64,000 nt of DNA from the human T2T-CHM13v2.0 reference genome, Homo sapiens, in the NCBI RefSeq assembly GCF_009914755.1, contig NC_060947.1; one strand, 5' to 3'. Each line of letters opens with the position of its first letter. The first letter of the stretch is position 1. Below the pieces are notes generated by a model. It was not told the DNA's origin. It searched no databases and saw only the letters and a list, made by a program, of their open reading frames with translations. Made by a program: the position numbers and the translations under genes. This document shows, in pieces, positions 60,961 to 64,000 of the stretch.

Positions 60961-62984
60961 CTCCTTAATTAGGTGTGTTTAATCCAAATGACTGCTTAAT
61001 ATCTAATTGATGTTGACAACACTGGGGTGGGATACTTAGGAGTAGGGAAAGGTAATTTGTGAACAGGAGGTGAAGTATCTATGGTAGGGGATGAGGAGCC
61101 AGAAGGCAAGTGGAGGGATTCTAGTGAGGGAAGGCACAAGGATATACTTAGATGGGGGAGGAAAGAGGCAGAGAGGGAGATGGAAAGACTCCAAAGCCCT
61201 TGATTTACCTCATCACTAAAGACCAAGCACAGCTGACAGTCATCTTTGATCACATCTCTGTTCTCTCCAGCCTCTCATCTTTCTGGCAAGGCACAGCATT
61301 TGGAGGAGGAGGTAAGGATCTGTCTTTGGTGATCCCTGGAGAAGGCTGGAGATTGCTTCCTGGGCCTGGGCCCAGGTATAGCTGTATGTGGCAAACAAGT
61401 GTGCCTGGGAAGGGGAAGTGTGTGCAGCTGAAGGGAACCTGTGGCTGTCACTGTCACACTGGCACCATTCCTGTGGTACTCTGCACAACCATTGTGCACA
61501 GAAGCTCCCGAAGCTCCCAAAGCTCCCCTCGTCTCATCTTAGTCCTCTGTGTGGCTATGGGACCCCTCATTAGCTCTGTTGTCCTGATAAATTTACCATG
61601 GTCCAGACAGTGATGATGGAGTAGATGATCCAGGGCAGGGCAGTGCAGGGCCTGGGGCTCTGCAGCAGGGCAGTGTGGGCTGAGTCTAGCGAGGTTGGTC
61701 AGGTCAGGTCTTGGAGATTTTGTTTTGTTGTTTTCGAGGTTCGTGGCTGCAAAGCAGTTTGTTTTTATTTAAAATTCACTTTATCAAAGTACTGTATTTT
61801 CATAATTTTAAAAGGCATGTACAAGCTATATATATATATACACACACATATATATGTGTATACACACACACACACCCCAAGCCTCACTCTTCAGAGTCAA
61901 ACACTTGAGACACTCTTGACTGTTTCTTCTGATATTTACCTCAATATTTCTAAATGGTATGCTAATATTGCTATTTCTTGTTTTTTTCTGTTTTAAATAT
62001 TTGTGTATACACACATGTATAGATAGATATTCACACATATACATATATACACCTGTGTGTATATATCTCATTTATATGTATCCTTGTAGCTTATAAAGCT
62101 TTTAAATTCTAAATATAAAATATCTGTTAAATGACATATATAGATCTCAATGCTTATCATTAAAACAGTAGCCCTCTACTCCACCCCTGAGCCTCACTCT
62201 TCAGAATTAAATACTTCCAACTCTCTTAGCTGTTTTCTTCTGATATTTACCTCCACATTTCTAAATGCCATGTCAATATTCTATTTCCCAATTTTTCTCT
62301 TTTAAATATCTGTTGACTTTTAAAATGTGATTAAAGGAAGATTTAGCTCTTTTACTCCCAGCAGCACTTAAGATACACACATGCTTCCCCTCCCCTCATA
62401 CATTCAATATTGGCAAATCAAAATTCCTGATTTTAACAATATTCCATGTTTATATTACTAGAATTATAAATATTGTTCACAGCTGAGTTATGTAGAATAC
62501 TGTGATTATATTTCCTTCCTTGGTCATCTTGTTTGCATGGAGTTAATAATTGCCTCTTGTTTTCTGTTTGCTTAGTTTTCTCATTTTTTGCTGATAACAT
62601 TCCCAATTTCTTTATCAGAACTATAAAATCTCACACAAACACTTTCATAACCCATTATTTTCACTTTTTTCCTTGGAGCTCTCCACCTTGCTCTAGTTGC
62701 TAGAGGTTTGGTTTTCAAGTACTTGTCAAGTACCTCTGTGTGTATACCTCCTCCACTTGTATACCCAGCTCCATGTGAGGCCCTGAGGACAGTGGACAGA
62801 TGAGTAAGATACAATCTGTCCTTGGTGAATCTACAGTCTCATGAGTGTATAATTTATAGAAATGTCTTACCAGAAGGCTGTGTGTTAAGACTTTGATCTA
62901 AGCTGTCCCTTTGGTCCCACACTCAGGCAGGCCTCCTCTTCTTCGTTTCCCATGAGTTACCAGAATGTGATACAGTCCTCCAAA

Positions 62985-63575
62985 GAGCAAATGTGATCTT
63001 AGGCTGCATTAACAAAAAGTTTCTAGGACAGGAGGGCTGATGCCTCTACTTCACTTTGTGTTGATAAATCCTATCCGGGGATTGTGTGTAGTTGCAAAGG
63101 ACATGGAAATACAGGGACTCATCTGAATGTGAACAACCAGGCTAACAGAGGACTGGAAACCACATCTTTTGAAATAGTTGAAAAAAAATTGGGGATGTTT
63201 GGCTTCTTGAAAGAGTAGTCTACACATAGCTATCTTCAATTTTATTCCCTCACATTTCCTTTTCAATTTTCTACAGGCTGGTTTCTGCCCCCACTGCTCC
63301 ACTGAAACTGCTCTCACCATAATGAGACTGCCTCTTAATTCCCCAAACCAGTGTGTTCCCATCTAAATCCTTATCTGCTGGCCACTCCCTATTCTTTGAA
63401 ATTCTCTCCTCCCTTAATTGGCAGAATGCCTCTCTTCTGTTTCTCCTCCAATCTCTTGAGCCACTCCTCCATCTTCATCTGATTCTTTTCCTCCATCTGC
63501 CCCTTAAGTGTTAGTTTTTCTAGGGATCTACTGTTGATCCTAGGCAATGCCATCCACTTTCTAGGCTTCCACAAT
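62985..63575. mobile_element. L3/CR1 fragment followed by an L2 fragment
   Basis: ATCTTAGGCTGCATTAA (CR1); CCACTGAAACTGCTCTC (L2). Confidence 0.55.
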
Positions 63576-63584
63576 TGCTGAAGC

Positions 63585-63940
63585 AGCCAGGGTGAGCTAG
63601 GTTATGCTCTGGTAACAAACAACCCCCAAATATCTGAGGTTTAGCACAACAAATGGTTACTTCTTTCTCATGATACGTGTCTGAAACAGGTCATCAGGGA
63701 ACATCTGCTCATGATAGTCACCAAAGACCCAGGATGGTAGAGGATCCAACATAACACTGCTTCCACAGTCAGCATCAGAGGGAGGAGAATGTGGCAAATC
63801 ATACATTTGCTCTTAAAGCTTCTGCCCAGAAGTGACTCATGTCACCTCAACTCACACTTCATTGTCCAAAGCAAGTCATATGGCCGTGCCTAACTTCAGA
63901 GGGTGTGGGAAAGTGTAGTCCTACTATGTCCCTGATGACT
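63585..63940 (-). mobile_element. MLT1K/L-type MaLR LTR
   Basis: CTAGGTTATGCT..GTAACAAACAACCCCC; GCTCTTAAAGCTTCTGCCCAGAAGTGAC; AAAGCAAGTCATATGGCC. Confidence 0.75.
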
Positions 63941-64000
63941 AAGTCCCTAACCCCTGATGGCTTCCAAGCCTTTATGCAGACCCTCCTTCTGAGCTGACTG

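Overview
Primate (almost certainly human) X-chromosome DNA containing the 5' end of NALF2/FAM155B (TMEM28). The CpG-island promoter is at ~47.1-49.7 kb, coding exon 1 is 48698-49558 (+, 287 codons, AAG|GTAAGG donor), and ~14.4 kb of intron 1 follows; no second exon is recognisable in the window. The first ~35 kb is almost entirely nested retroelements (L1PA, L1M, Alu, MaLR/ERVL LTRs, MER20) plus a processed cytochrome c pseudogene (28747-29145, -). Main observations: (1) the 'full-length' L1PA3 at 1953-7459 is a spliced retrotransposed copy (SpIRE 97/622 type) lacking the ~0.5 kb 5'UTR intron, with 15-bp TSDs; (2) a composite locus at 25.5-29.1 kb combines a twin-primed L1, an apparent L1PA4/L1PA5-6 chimera with no matching TSDs, loss of the CYCS 3'UTR/polyA, and a nested antisense L1PA3 forming a ~700-bp inverted repeat; (3) the CYCS copy carries ancestral-type residues; (4) four uORFs and a non-canonical RE1-like site lie upstream of NALF2; (5) a ~90-bp unique-sequence duplication lies in intron 1. 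I found no evidence of a wholly new biological system. Repeat subfamily calls are by eye from remembered consensus sequences, and old-repeat boundaries are approximate.
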